Positions 37,542-47,973 of a DNA stretch of 60,661 nucleotides are shown in pieces (position 1 is the first letter of the stretch; each line of letters begins with the position of its first letter). This DNA is from a virus. Lineage: Duplodnaviria > Caudoviricetes. The position numbers and the translations under genes were made by a program. The stretch covers positions 1 through 60,661 of the IMG/VR virus record IMGVR_UViG_3300021425_002553, one strand, 5' to 3'. Under the pieces are notes generated by a model that was not told the origin of the DNA, made no database searches, and worked only from the letters and a program-made list of their open reading frames with translations.

Positions 37542-37564
37542 ATAGTGTAGTTACATAAACTAGT

Positions 37565-37888
37565 ATGAAGTTCTTATTCGCACTTCTTGCTACATTATTC
37601 TTCAGTGCTCCTGCGTGGGCAGTAGATGTACAGATGGGATATGAAGGAAACCTTGTATTCGAACCTTCAGAAGTCACCATCTCCGCTGGAGAATCAGTCC
37701 ACTTTATCAACAACATGCTTCCTCCTCATAACGTGATCGTGGAGGATCATCCAGAGTTAGGTCATGAAGCCCTGGCAATGTTACCAGGTGAAGACTTTAC
37801 TGTTGAATTCTCAGAGTCAGGTGACTATACTTACTGGTGTGGACCCCACAAGGGTGCAGGCATGATCGCAACAGTTCACGTCGAATGA
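37565..37888 (+). CDS. petE: plastocyanin
   Basis: Signal peptide; PHNV, YWCGPHKGAGM copper ligands. Confidence 0.96.
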   Translation: MKFLFALLATLFFSAPAWAVDVQMGYEGNLVFEPSEVTISAGESVHFINNMLPPHNVIVEDHPELGHEALAMLPGEDFTVEFSESGDYTYWCGPHKGAGMIATVHVE

Positions 37889-38058
37889 ACAAAGACCAAA
37901 AAAGAGAATTCTACAAGTCTTTGAGAGAACGCATCAAACAACTTAGAATGGAGCATCTCTTCGAAGAACCTTGTCCTCTTTATGAGCCAGAATGGGAAGA
38001 AGACTACTGTTGGGATTGTCGATTAACCTACGATCACGACGAAGATGACGAAACTTAA
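37885..38058 (+). CDS. hypothetical protein
   Basis: ATGA overlap; MNKDQKREFYKSL... Confidence 0.65.
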   Translation: MNKDQKREFYKSLRERIKQLRMEHLFEEPCPLYEPEWEEDYCWDCRLTYDHDEDDET

Positions 38059-38085
38059 GTTACAGGAAGCAATGGAGATGATCAA

Positions 38086-39105
38086 ATGAGAGTAGGTCTA
38101 ATTGGTCTCGGACGTATGGGTGAGGGTATGTCTCGCCGTATGATGAAGAGTGGTATTGAAGTCTGGGGTTATCGTCGTAACCACGATAAAGCTCAAGAGG
38201 CTTTCGAAAAAGGTTATGTCGATGGAGTAACCGTTGACATTGCATCCCTGTGTACCACCGTGAAGGAAAGGGGACCTGGAATTTTTATGATGGTAGTACC
38301 AGCAGAAACAGTGGAGGACACTCTCAATGAGCTTTTACGCTATTGTGGCGAGGGCGATATTATTATTGATCACGGCAATTCTAATTTTAAGGATTCCCGC
38401 AGGAGAGCACTCCGTCTTGAGAAACTTGGCATCCAATATATTGACTGTGGCACTAGTGGTGGTGTGTACGGTTTGGAGCGTGGATATTGTCTTATGGTTG
38501 GGGGTTCAAATACTGCAGTATCCATCTGCTCTCCTATCTTCAGGGCACTCGCACCAGGTATTGGATCTGCCCATCGCACTGATCCTCTGAGTCGTGAAAC
38601 ATCTGCAGAGCACGGATGGTTACATTGTGGTGGACCTGGTGCAGGACACTTCGTAAAAATGGTCCACAACGGAGTTGAGTATGGAATCATGCAAGCGTAC
38701 GCCGAAGGCTTTAATATCCTGCATGAAGCTGATCTTGGGTCGTTTTACGTTAAGGAGGGCGATGCTGAGGTGGCTCCGATGGAGAATCCAGAAGATTATC
38801 AGTACGATATTGACGTTGCTGAAGTCGCTGAGTTATGGCGTCGTGGTTCTGTTGTTGGTAGTTGGTTACTTGATCTTACCGCTGATGTACTACGGAGCGA
38901 TCGAGAGCTTAGCAAGTTCGATGGTGGAGTATCAGACAGTGGTGAGGGTCGTTGGACTGTCCACGCTGCTGTGGATCTTGGCGTACCCGCTCCTGTTATC
39001 ACTACGGCACTGTACGAACGATTCGGTTCAAGAAAGCTTGGACGATTCGCAAACAGAGTCTTGAACGGAATGAGAGCAATGTTCGGAGGACACGATGTTC
39101 GGTAA
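38086..39105 (+). CDS. gnd: 6-phosphogluconate dehydrogenase (short form)
   Basis: GLIGLGRMG, IIDHGNS, DCGTSGG, GHFVKMVHNGVEY, SGEGRW. Confidence 0.97.
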   Translation: MRVGLIGLGRMGEGMSRRMMKSGIEVWGYRRNHDKAQEAFEKGYVDGVTVDIASLCTTVKERGPGIFMMVVPAETVEDTLNELLRYCGEGDIIIDHGNSNFKDSRRRALRLEKLGIQYIDCGTSGGVYGLERGYCLMVGGSNTAVSICSPIFRALAPGIGSAHRTDPLSRETSAEHGWLHCGGPGAGHFVKMVHNGVEYGIMQAYAEGFNILHEADLGSFYVKEGDAEVAPMENPEDYQYDIDVAEVAELWRRGSVVGSWLLDLTADVLRSDRELSKFDGGVSDSGEGRWTVHAAVDLGVPAPVITTALYERFGSRKLGRFANRVLNGMRAMFGGHDVR

Positions 39106-39223
39106 TGCAATTGCGATCTTATGCATACCCTTTGTACTATCCACAATTTATTTCGGGATACGAAAGGGTGAGAATAACTACTACGAAACGGACAAGTACA
39201 ATGGAAACGGAACCGCTCACTAG
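39095..39223 (+). CDS. ndhP: NdhP-like NDH-1L small subunit (42 aa)
   Basis: TM helix then FGIRKGENNYYETDKYNGNGTAH, similar to the cyanobacterial NdhP C-terminus (FG..NGFYDTD.YHGNGSAH); not in ORF track. Confidence 0.8.
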   Translation: MFGNAIAILCIPFVLSTIYFGIRKGENNYYETDKYNGNGTAH

Positions 39224-40541
39224 ACGCATCGTCATCTTCGGTGCAACTGGTGACCTTTGTAAAAGAAAACTTATTCCCGCACTCTTTGAGTTGTGGAAGA
39301 AACAACTTCTTCCAGAGAATATACTAATTGTTGGTGCATCCCGTAGAGATTACTCTAAAGAATCTTGGTTAGAACATCTTGGTAGTTATCCAGAAGCATT
39401 TTGTCATTGGTTAGATTTCAGATGTTGTGATTTAGATAATCAAGATAGTTTACAAATTCTCCACGATGAGAGTGTAGACACAACGTATTTCTTATCTGTA
39501 CCACCAGAACGCTATGAGAATGCTATCATCAATCTCAAAGAAGCAGGATTCCTTGACGACCCCGATCACTCTAGGGTGGTTATCGAGAAACCCTTTGGGT
39601 ACGATCTTAAATCTGCTGATCATCTACAGTCTGTGGTTCAGCGACATCTACGCGAAAAACAAGTATATCGCATTGACCATTATCTTGGTAAAGATACTGT
39701 CAACAATATTCTTGCTACAAGGTTTGGCAATATACTTCTTGAACCACTTTGGAACAGGGAGTATATAGATGAAGTTCAAATATTTGCAACTGAAACTATT
39801 GGTTGTGAGGGTCGGTCTCAATACTATGAAGGTGCTGGTGTAGTACGTGACATGTTACAGAACCATATGTTACAGGTTCTGGCATTGATTACGATGGAAG
39901 CACCATGTCGTATGAATGCAACTGAGATTCGTAGAGAAAAGACAAAGGTGTTGTCTGCAACAAGACTTGGTGACAAGTATGTTGCAGGTCAGTATGAAGG
40001 ATATAAAGATGAGGAAGGTGTAAATCCAAAGAGTGTGACTCCAACCTTTGTTGCAGGTGACATCTATATCGACAACTGGAGATGGAAGGGAGTTCCTTTC
40101 TACTTCATGAGTGGTAAGAAGATGCCTTATCAGTGTGTTGAGGTTGTTGTCAAACTGAAGGCACCTCCTGTTGGATTGTTTGAAGGTGAGACACCAGGTC
40201 GTATTGTGATGAGACTTCAACCTCATGCACACCTTGATATTCAGATTGATGTGAAGTCTCCTGGTCTTGGTGAACAGGTTGAACTTGCAACTCTGTCTCA
40301 CAGGTATCCAGACTGGTTGGGTGTCGATGGTTACGAAAAACTTTTATATGATGCTCTAAATGGTGATCAATCACACTTCATTCATTCTGAAGAAGTGTTA
40401 GAATCCTGGAGAATTGTGGATGATCTACTTTGTACTGGTGACAAATGTAGAGTCAGAACTAACCCTTACATCTATCGCGAGGGTATCTGGGGACCATCCC
40501 ACAAAGTAAACTTTATTACTAACTGGGATTATCCAGCATGA
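39201..40541 (+). CDS. zwf: glucose-6-phosphate dehydrogenase
   Basis: GATGDL, EKPFG, RIDHYLGK, RDMLQNH; start re-assigned to METEP. Confidence 0.97.
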   Translation: METEPLTRRIVIFGATGDLCKRKLIPALFELWKKQLLPENILIVGASRRDYSKESWLEHLGSYPEAFCHWLDFRCCDLDNQDSLQILHDESVDTTYFLSVPPERYENAIINLKEAGFLDDPDHSRVVIEKPFGYDLKSADHLQSVVQRHLREKQVYRIDHYLGKDTVNNILATRFGNILLEPLWNREYIDEVQIFATETIGCEGRSQYYEGAGVVRDMLQNHMLQVLALITMEAPCRMNATEIRREKTKVLSATRLGDKYVAGQYEGYKDEEGVNPKSVTPTFVAGDIYIDNWRWKGVPFYFMSGKKMPYQCVEVVVKLKAPPVGLFEGETPGRIVMRLQPHAHLDIQIDVKSPGLGEQVELATLSHRYPDWLGVDGYEKLLYDALNGDQSHFIHSEEVLESWRIVDDLLCTGDKCRVRTNPYIYREGIWGPSHKVNFITNWDYPA

Positions 40542-41594
40542 AGATGCGATTTCCACATGACGACGAACCAGAAGATCCGTCAGCAAACGATTGCAATTAC
40601 AACTTTCCACAGGTGTTGTTTGCTTTTTGTTTAGGGTTTACCTGTATGTTCATCTTGTCTGTGGATGAGATTCAAAAATTTAAAGGTTGTCCTTTCCCCG
40701 AGTACTTCGATGAACCACGTTCAACTGTTCGTTAGACACTGGATGGAATCAGGTCCCGCCCTTGCATTCCTAGCATATCTTTTAGTGGTCGTACCTATCG
40801 TTGGTATGGACCTAGTTCATAAATATGGGTGGGAACATTGGGAGCCCTTTGACAAATGAAACCCATGATATTAGTAGCTTGTTTCTTACCGCTAGTAATA
40901 ATCTGGGTGGTCATGAAATTAAGTCTGTGGATCTTTGCAGTCAACGACGAGAAGAATTATGTCAAAGCAGAATCCAGAAAACCCCATGGACCCTACGTGG
41001 CAAATCCATATGAGGACGTTGACGAAGAGGATGAAGAGTATGGAGATCTCACAGACTATCGATGACGCCCTCTACCAATACTATACGGTAGAAAGAAATC
41101 AAAAGGTACCTAACTGGAGGTACATCAAAGATCAAGATTGGTGGATTGAGTATCTTATCCACTTAGGTATTGACCCAAGAAATCCATGAACCTTGTTCTG
41201 AGACCACTGAGTGATGTTAATGATGTCACTTGGAGTATTGTTATCTCCTTACTCATACTTCTTGTTGGAGTAAGTTACTACATATATACAATTATGATAT
41301 ATGCTTTCAAGGAGTTGGAGGATGCCAGATCAAATCAATCAGAAAGACGCAGATCAGGATCAACTGATAGCACTCTTGACACACAGGATTGATGATGCTG
41401 AAAAGATGACGGAAGAACTCCGTGATCGTGTTCGTAAACTTGAAAGATGGGTATGGGGTGCAGGTGCTATCATCACTGCCCTTATAACTATTGTTGGACT
41501 AATAGAAGCAGTAGATTCAAAGGAGATGAATTATGGGAGCAATGACACCACCCAGCAGGAAATCGTGTTACACATTCCGAGTGACAGAAATTAA
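40538..41594 (+). CDS. cluster of overlapping small, mostly membrane ORFs (40538-40735, 40710-40859, 40856-41065, 41040-41189, 41186-41392, 41322-41594)
   Basis: Consecutive overlapping + strand ORFs with single TM helices. Confidence 0.6.
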
Positions 41595-41991
41595 TCGTGT
41601 CCTTGATGGAGATACGATAGATGTAACAATAGATCTCGGCTTTGATTTATACAAGAAAGAAAGAGTTAGAGTTGCAGGCGTTGATACGCCAGAGAAAAGG
41701 ACTAGAGACCTCGAAGAAAAGGAGTTAGGTTATGACGCAACCAACTGGCTCAAAGAAAAACTCGAAGGTGCTATTTCTGGTGACGATGACCTTGTTATCC
41801 GTACTGAACTTGTTGGCGGCGTTGGGAAATATGGGCGTCTTCTTGGCTGGTTATACATTGGGGATGCAGAGTTGTCCCTTAACGAGCAAATGATTGAAGA
41901 AGGATATGCATGGGCATATGATGGTGGCACTAAGCAAAAAGATTTTGAAGAGTTGAGAGAAATTCGTAGAGCTAAGGGAACTTTAATATGA
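41533..41991 (+). CDS. thermonuclease (SNase-like) family nuclease
   Basis: RVLDGDTIDV, RVAGVDTPE, KYGRLLG. Confidence 0.9.
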   Translation: MGAMTPPSRKSCYTFRVTEINRVLDGDTIDVTIDLGFDLYKKERVRVAGVDTPEKRTRDLEEKELGYDATNWLKEKLEGAISGDDDLVIRTELVGGVGKYGRLLGWLYIGDAELSLNEQMIEEGYAWAYDGGTKQKDFEELREIRRAKGTLI

Positions 41992-42111
41992 CTCCTATCT
42001 TTGTATTTGGTTTTACAATATTACTCACTATTGTGATGGAAATGACATGGCCTGTACGTATTAGAAAGTAATTCTTATAGATAGAGAAGAACTTTTTAAG
42101 GGTGCAAGAAA

Positions 42112-42366
42112 ATGCAGAAGGTCATTAACGGGATCGCACTATTTTCAGGACTTGTTTCAGTCTCTATTGTCGTAGGTGGAACCTGGGTTTACCTTGAGAA
42201 AGATAACATCATCAACAATGCAAAGTCTCAACTCGTTAAAGGTGTAACTGCTGCAGTTTCAGAAGCTCTTCCTGGTATGTTGGATGCTGCAATGCCTGAA
42301 CTCCCTGGAGCAACTGGTGGTGCAATTCCTGGTGGTGGTTCTGCTACTCCTTCGCTACCGTTCTAA
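42112..42366 (+). CDS. hypothetical membrane-anchored protein
   Basis: N-terminal TM. Confidence 0.7.
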   Translation: MQKVINGIALFSGLVSVSIVVGGTWVYLEKDNIINNAKSQLVKGVTAAVSEALPGMLDAAMPELPGATGGAIPGGGSATPSLPF

Positions 42367-42483
42367 TGTTGTTACTTTTACTATTCTTTGTTGCAACACC
42401 AACCTTTGCATTGACTGAAGATCCTTTAGTTGATCAACCATGTCCCACTACGTTAAGTGGTATTACTGTTACAGGTGAGTTAG

Positions 42484-43143
42484 ATGGAAATCAAACCGAT
42501 ACGGATCGATCCGATCAGGATACAAATAAACTCATCGTACAGTGTACCACCTGTAGTATCGGGTATTAGAGCTCCTGTCACTGTAGATATTGGTGTTCCG
42601 ATTGTACAGGTTCCTGGTTGTGTTGAGGCTCGTAACTCAACATCATCGACTTTACCTGGTGATGACCCGAAAGGTAATTTTACAATTTGTGATTCTAACG
42701 TTCCTAGTTACAATCCTCTTCAGTTTGAACCTAACCAGATGATCTTTACGGAACCTGCAGATGTTCCTAAGGTTCCGAATCAACCAACACCACCTGTACC
42801 AGAGACACCAGAGATACCACCAACTCCCCCTGTAACTGCTGTTGTAGAGGAGGAGAAAGAAGTTGAAACTCAACCAGAGACACCATGGGTAGAAGAATAT
42901 CTTCCACCTATTAGTGCAGTCACAACCACTGCATCAATTGCTGTGGTTGCAACTACCTCTGCACTGTTGGCAAAACCATTTGCTGATCTGTTATTGAGGT
43001 TGATCAAACCTACGATTAAAAAAATAATTACCAAGCTCAATAAGATGCTTGGTAAGAAAGTTAAGGTTGAGTCCTTAAGGGAGCGCCGAGGTCAGCAGAG
43101 TTCGAGGAATAAGGCTGTTCGGGTTGTGAAGGGGAGGGAATAG
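42484..43143 (+). CDS. hypothetical Pro-rich membrane protein
   Basis: Pro-rich linker, TM, basic tail. Confidence 0.75.
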   Translation: MEIKPIRIDPIRIQINSSYSVPPVVSGIRAPVTVDIGVPIVQVPGCVEARNSTSSTLPGDDPKGNFTICDSNVPSYNPLQFEPNQMIFTEPADVPKVPNQPTPPVPETPEIPPTPPVTAVVEEEKEVETQPETPWVEEYLPPISAVTTTASIAVVATTSALLAKPFADLLLRLIKPTIKKIITKLNKMLGKKVKVESLRERRGQQSSRNKAVRVVKGRE

Positions 43144-43768
43144 TATGTCTGTGTGGAGGGATGACACCGCCAGGGTTAGTAACAATCACATCCGCGCACA
43201 CTTTATGATATGGAGATTGGGGGTGGAAATAGATACCCTGTTTCTTCAACTCGCCACAATTCTTGAGTCTGGCGATCTCAAAGTCTAATCTTTTATTAGC
43301 AGTCAGCTGTTGTTGTAACGCAATCTGAGTTGCTGCTGCTTCTTTACACTGGTCTTGGAGTTTCTTATCTAATGGATGAGAGAAGGTGGCTGAGAAACCG
43401 ACAGACAGGTTTGTATTATTCTTTTGACCTGTCCTAGTAGGCATGTAGTATAAAATGCTTCCAGGGTTTCTTAAGTTACCATCATCATCCGTACTCATAT
43501 CATATACAGGTTCATCATAGAACGACTCAAACGGATGTTGTTGAGATAATGAACCCGTTACGAATGGTGTTATGTTAACAGTAGGTCCCTGACATTGAAT
43601 TCCTCCTCCATACGTGTTAGTGATGTATGGTCCTTGGAGGACTTGGATAGCCTGATTAGTAACACTGCCTGAAGAATTAGCAACAGGAGCAGCTGTGGCG
43701 CTAACACCACCCACAGTTTCAGCCAATGACGAAGTTGGGAATAATACACTTAATAAAACTGCTCCTAT
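43061..43768 (-). CDS. hypothetical exported protein (start uncertain)
   Basis: Signal-like IGAVLLSVLFPTSSLA; third gene of a minus-strand operon. Confidence 0.7.
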   Translation of the reverse strand: MGAVLLSVLFPTSSLAETVGGVSATAAPVANSSGSVTNQAIQVLQGPYITNTYGGGIQCQGPTVNITPFVTGSLSQQHPFESFYDEPVYDMSTDDDGNLRNPGSILYYMPTRTGQKNNTNLSVGFSATFSHPLDKKLQDQCKEAAATQIALQQQLTANKRLDFEIARLKNCGELKKQGIYFHPQSPYHKVCADVIVTNPGGVIPPHRHTIPSPSQPEQPYSSNSADLGAPLRTQP

Positions 43769-44214
43769 TACTGGCTGAAAATGGAAGTTGTGTCGGTTAC
43801 GCTTCTCACTTCCGTGGTGCGCTGGATGATCGTGTGATTGCTGAGCCCTGGTCCGTTGTAAGTCTCCGCGAACTGGAATGTTTCTCCAGGATTTGTTTGA
43901 TAAAACTGTGGTGTGGAAGTTGCTCCAGTCCATGATGAGGTCACCCCGTCTATAGTAACATTTATAGAACCTGTCGTTGGAGATAAGGTTCCATTTGTAG
44001 AAACACCAGTTCCTGATGCAGAGTATTGATACCCTGTGTTATAGTCCATCGAATTGATGGTCTCGGTAATGGTACTTGTAGTTTCAGTGTGGCTCGTCAT
44101 TGAGCCCTGAGTAAAATTAGGAACCACGGGTACACTATATGCTGGTTGTAGTAACCCGTGGACTATACCAAGAATCAATCCAAGACCGATTGCTTCTTGA
44201 AGTCTAGTCATCAA
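43768..44214 (-). CDS. hypothetical exported Thr-rich protein
   Basis: Signal peptide, VPVVPNF. Confidence 0.8.
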   Translation of the reverse strand: MMTRLQEAIGLGLILGIVHGLLQPAYSVPVVPNFTQGSMTSHTETTSTITETINSMDYNTGYQYSASGTGVSTNGTLSPTTGSINVTIDGVTSSWTGATSTPQFYQTNPGETFQFAETYNGPGLSNHTIIQRTTEVRSVTDTTSIFSQ

Positions 44215-44714
44215 TCGATGACCGTGATTTCACTTACGAATTGACCGACTGCAGTAGACCCAGCTCCGCCAGCTGTAATCGAAATAGCACCATCAGTACC
44301 AATTGTACCAGCAAGATTACCTGCAGTACCTGCAGTATAAGAAATCTGACTAGAGAAATTACTAACTTCACCAACAGTAGGAGCACTCGTGCTCAGAGCA
44401 TCACCCTGTAAGAATGATGTACTGTAAGAGAATACATCTCCACTCGTAGCATCTAATTGGTTTGCTGTGATGGTACCAGGGGAATAAACTCCACTAGTAA
44501 TACTTCCACTAGTCAACATCCCTGCAGTTGTACCATCAGAGGTGCCAACATTACTTCCTGACACGGAGTACTGATTACCCAGTCTAGTTGCAGTAGTTCT
44601 TGCAGAATCAACGGTCAGTTGAACTGAAGAGGACATACTATGAACAAGTCCACCAGCATTGGCTGCACTTGCGGTCATCAATACCATACCTAAAGTCAGA
44701 AAGACTTTTTTCAT
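44211..44714 (-). CDS. hypothetical exported S/T/G-rich protein
   Basis: Signal peptide ending ANA; minus-strand CTAAATA upstream. Confidence 0.8.
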   Translation of the reverse strand: MKKVFLTLGMVLMTASAANAGGLVHSMSSSVQLTVDSARTTATRLGNQYSVSGSNVGTSDGTTAGMLTSGSITSGVYSPGTITANQLDATSGDVFSYSTSFLQGDALSTSAPTVGEVSNFSSQISYTAGTAGNLAGTIGTDGAISITAGGAGSTAVGQFVSEITVID

Positions 44715-44834
44715 TGATCTAAACGTACACTACCAATATTTAGAATTCTATGAGTGTGTTACAATTCAAACATTTTATCTGTAGAGATTATAAAATTTGT
44801 AAATAGTTGAAATTGTATCACTCTGTAACAATCA

Positions 44835-45092
44835 ATGACCGAAAAAGAAACATCTAACCTATCTATTGATAGGAAAGAGTGTTCTAAGTGTGGAGCAGTT
44901 TGGTTAAATGGACAACATATGTGGAGCACTGGTCGTATTGGAGATAACAAAGCCCTATCTAACCTCGTGTGTGGTTTGGCTAACTCTCCTGAATGTATAA
45001 ATCCAGAACATAAGACAGGTCACATTTACGGAGAGAGTGACTCCTGGGAGAAGAGATCCAAGTTTATTGACAATTGGAATCCAAATGCCTAA
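44835..45092 (+). CDS. hypothetical Cys-containing protein
   Basis: CSKC...VC...CIN. Confidence 0.7.
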   Translation: MTEKETSNLSIDRKECSKCGAVWLNGQHMWSTGRIGDNKALSNLVCGLANSPECINPEHKTGHIYGESDSWEKRSKFIDNWNPNA

Positions 45093-45246
45093 GAATCAAG
45101 TGAACAAAGAAGAACTCAAAGTCAGAGTTCTTAAATTAAAGAATGATGTTTACAATGAATCATCAGATGTATGGCAAGGAGAGAAAGATCTTGCCAACAA
45201 GTATCTTAATAAGGTTTTAGATATCTTAGAAGAATATAGAATGTAA
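45085..45246 (+). CDS. hypothetical protein, paralogue of 13252..13413
   Basis: MPKNQVNKEELKVRVLKLK...EYRM. Confidence 0.75.
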   Translation: MPKNQVNKEELKVRVLKLKNDVYNESSDVWQGEKDLANKYLNKVLDILEEYRM

Positions 45247-45362
45247 GTCAATAGTTGACAGATATCAAAATCATGAGTAGGATAGGCTTGTCGAGATTGA
45301 TGAGAAGTGTTTAAGTACTTTAAGACTTCTAAAATAAATAATAAAAAGGTGTCTCTCATATT

Positions 45363-47678
45363 TTGAAAAAGAAATTATTATCTCCAGTAGAACTTAAAGA
45401 GTTACGTCTGCGACAGGAGGAGCAGAGGAGACTTCGTGCTGAGAGGGAGCAGGAGCAATTAAAGAAAAATAAAAAACTTATATCGCCAAAAGAATTAATT
45501 GATCCTAAACCTGTAGTTGAGGTAAAGGAAGAACCTATTGTTGAGGAACCAAAAGATCCTATTGAAGTTCTACGTGATAGGTTAGAAGAAATTGCTTCTA
45601 CTATTAAAGAACCAAAGTATTATGATGAAGAACTTGAACAATTAGAAATCCTGATAGGAACTAAAGTTAATTCTGAGGATTATAATTTAGAACCAGTAAA
45701 TCAAAAGATACGAGATCTTCGTGAATATATTTCAGAACTTCCAGAAGTTAAGTATTATGATACTGACTTAGAGAAACTTACTGAAAGAATAGATGAATTA
45801 CAAGCATCTGGTTCTGAAATATTTCAGCAACATGGTGAGAGTCTTAAAGAGATTAAAAAAGTTACTCATCAAATAGTAAAAGACTTAGATACATTATCTA
45901 AAGTTAAGATACCAGAGGCATTTGACCCCACTGATATTCAGAATGATATTGCGGCAACTAAAGAAACATTTTATGAGAGAGTTGCCGAAATTAAAAAAGA
46001 AATTTCTCAGTTACCAGAAGTAAAGTATTACGATTCTGAACTCACAGAACTTCAAGAAAGAATTGAAGAAGTTAGAAATTTTATTCCAGAAATTCCTGAA
46101 GTCAGATATTATGAAAATGAATTAGAACTTCTTTCAAATAATATAGAAGAAATTCGTAGTGAAATACCGAAGGATAAAGAAACTTTTTATGAAAGAGTTG
46201 CCGAACTCAAGAAAGAACTTTCTGAACTACCAGAAGTCAAGTATTATGATGATGAACTGACCCAACTTCAAGAAAGAATAGAAACAGTTAGAGACTCTAT
46301 TCCTGAGATACCAGAAATCAAATACTATGATGATGACCTAGAAAGTCTTCTTGGTCTGGTTGAAGAAGTACGTGTGAATGTATCTCAACTTCCAGAGGTC
46401 AAGTATTATGAGAATGAGATTTCTCAGTTAGAAGAATCAATCAAGAATGTAGAGGATAGAATACCAACTGTTCCTGAGGTCAGATATTATGAAGATGATA
46501 TCAAAGAACTCAAAGAAGATATTGAGAATGTAAAAGGACAGATACCAGAGATACCTGAAATCAAATCTTATGATGAGGAAGTTGAGATTCTTTCCGAAGA
46601 TATTGATAAGGTAAGAGATAGTCTTATTGATATCAAACTAGCAATCAAAGCAGTAGAAAAATCTGTTGAGGTTGTAGAAGATCGTGAGATACCTGAGGTA
46701 TTTGATCCAACTGGTTTAGAAATTGAGATTGAGAAAGCTTTTAAGGAGATTGAGAAACTAAAAGAACAACCAGTATCTCTCAAGGAAGATGCTGATCCAT
46801 TACTTCCTTTAGACCAGAAATTTGTAACCTTCGATGAGTTATCAAAACATTATCGAATATTCATCAATCGTATTCAACAACAACTTGCATCTCTTGGTGG
46901 CGGTGGTGAAGTCAACCTCCGTTATCTGGATGATATTGATAGGTCTTCCATTTCTGATGGTAAGGTCTTATCTTATGATGCTGCGACAAATAAGTTTAAG
47001 TTCATCAGTCCTGGTGCCGCATCATCTCTGTGGAATGAAGATGGTGCCGACATTTATAGAAACTCTAATGTTGGTATCAATAGTGCAGACCCACAGGTAG
47101 CACTTGATGTTGTTGGTGATGCTCGTATCACAGGCATTCTAACAGTCGGAACAGAAACCATTACGATTGACTCAACACAAAATCAAATTCAGATTGATGC
47201 TCCTGGTGGTAAGCAAATCATTATTGATGGTAATGATGAGAAGATTATCGTTGGGCATGGGTCTTCTACTATTACATTGGATGCTATTAATCAGCAGGCA
47301 ATCGTAGGAACTGGTGATAGTGCTATAATCTTAAATGCGGCACAGAATACCATTAGTGTTGGTATTGGCATTACCCTCAATGCTAATACAAATCAAATTC
47401 TCATTGGTAATGATGTTATTGATGGTGACAGTGGAGACGCAAATTTTTCTGGTATTGTTACTGCACCTGCATTCACTGGTGAGTTTGTTTCTACTATTGA
47501 TAAGACCTTAGAATATCAGTCAGGCACTCTATCCACCATCACAACATCAGAAGGCACCAAGACATTCTATTATGATGGAGCAGGTATTCTTACGAGCATC
47601 GTAGGCACTGGTGTTTATGTAAGTAAGGAATTTACTTATGATGGTGGTGGAAACTTGATTTCTGTAAATGTTTTATAG
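45363..47678 (+). CDS. fibre-like virion protein with PEVKYY coiled-coil repeats
   Basis: About 10 (L/I)PE(V/I)(K/R)YY repeats; GGGGEV linker; NVGINS..P...LDVVG tail-fibre motif. Confidence 0.75.
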   Translation: MKKKLLSPVELKELRLRQEEQRRLRAEREQEQLKKNKKLISPKELIDPKPVVEVKEEPIVEEPKDPIEVLRDRLEEIASTIKEPKYYDEELEQLEILIGTKVNSEDYNLEPVNQKIRDLREYISELPEVKYYDTDLEKLTERIDELQASGSEIFQQHGESLKEIKKVTHQIVKDLDTLSKVKIPEAFDPTDIQNDIAATKETFYERVAEIKKEISQLPEVKYYDSELTELQERIEEVRNFIPEIPEVRYYENELELLSNNIEEIRSEIPKDKETFYERVAELKKELSELPEVKYYDDELTQLQERIETVRDSIPEIPEIKYYDDDLESLLGLVEEVRVNVSQLPEVKYYENEISQLEESIKNVEDRIPTVPEVRYYEDDIKELKEDIENVKGQIPEIPEIKSYDEEVEILSEDIDKVRDSLIDIKLAIKAVEKSVEVVEDREIPEVFDPTGLEIEIEKAFKEIEKLKEQPVSLKEDADPLLPLDQKFVTFDELSKHYRIFINRIQQQLASLGGGGEVNLRYLDDIDRSSISDGKVLSYDAATNKFKFISPGAASSLWNEDGADIYRNSNVGINSADPQVALDVVGDARITGILTVGTETITIDSTQNQIQIDAPGGKQIIIDGNDEKIIVGHGSSTITLDAINQQAIVGTGDSAIILNAAQNTISVGIGITLNANTNQILIGNDVIDGDSGDANFSGIVTAPAFTGEFVSTIDKTLEYQSGTLSTITTSEGTKTFYYDGAGILTSIVGTGVYVSKEFTYDGGGNLISVNVL

Positions 47679-47712
47679 TATAATAAATAGTTGAAATTTT
47701 GTTTATATTGAG

Positions 47713-47973
47713 ATGACTTTTGATCCCGTGATTCAAAGATACATGTCACATTTTTATGATGTGCATGGAAACCTTCATATTACGATTCGTCCAGACTTGA
47801 CAAAGGCACTTGGTTGGGCAAATCCAAAAGAGAAAAATGATGAACCATACTTAGAAAGTTCTCAAGAAGTTTGTCTAGATATTAATTATTCTGGTGAGAT
47901 TGGAGACTTTAATGCTGATTGTGACATTGTAATTACCACAAAAGCAAAAGCACAAAAAGTAGAAGATGAGTGA
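47713..47973 (+). CDS. hypothetical protein
   Basis: 86 aa following TAAATA. Confidence 0.6.
   Translation: MTFDPVIQRYMSHFYDVHGNLHITIRPDLTKALGWANPKEKNDEPYLESSQEVCLDINYSGEIGDFNADCDIVITTKAKAQKVEDE

Noticed and set aside
38952-39200. N-terminal extension of zwf in the ORF track
   Set aside because: It overlaps gnd and the ndhP-like gene; G6PD similarity starts at METEP (39201)
44814-44830. NtcA box
   Set aside because: GTA-N8-TAA deviates from GTA-N8-TAC and lacks a properly spaced -10 box
45600-46600. CRISPR-like or DNA-level tandem array
   Set aside because: The repeats are degenerate at third codon positions and in frame, so they are protein repeats
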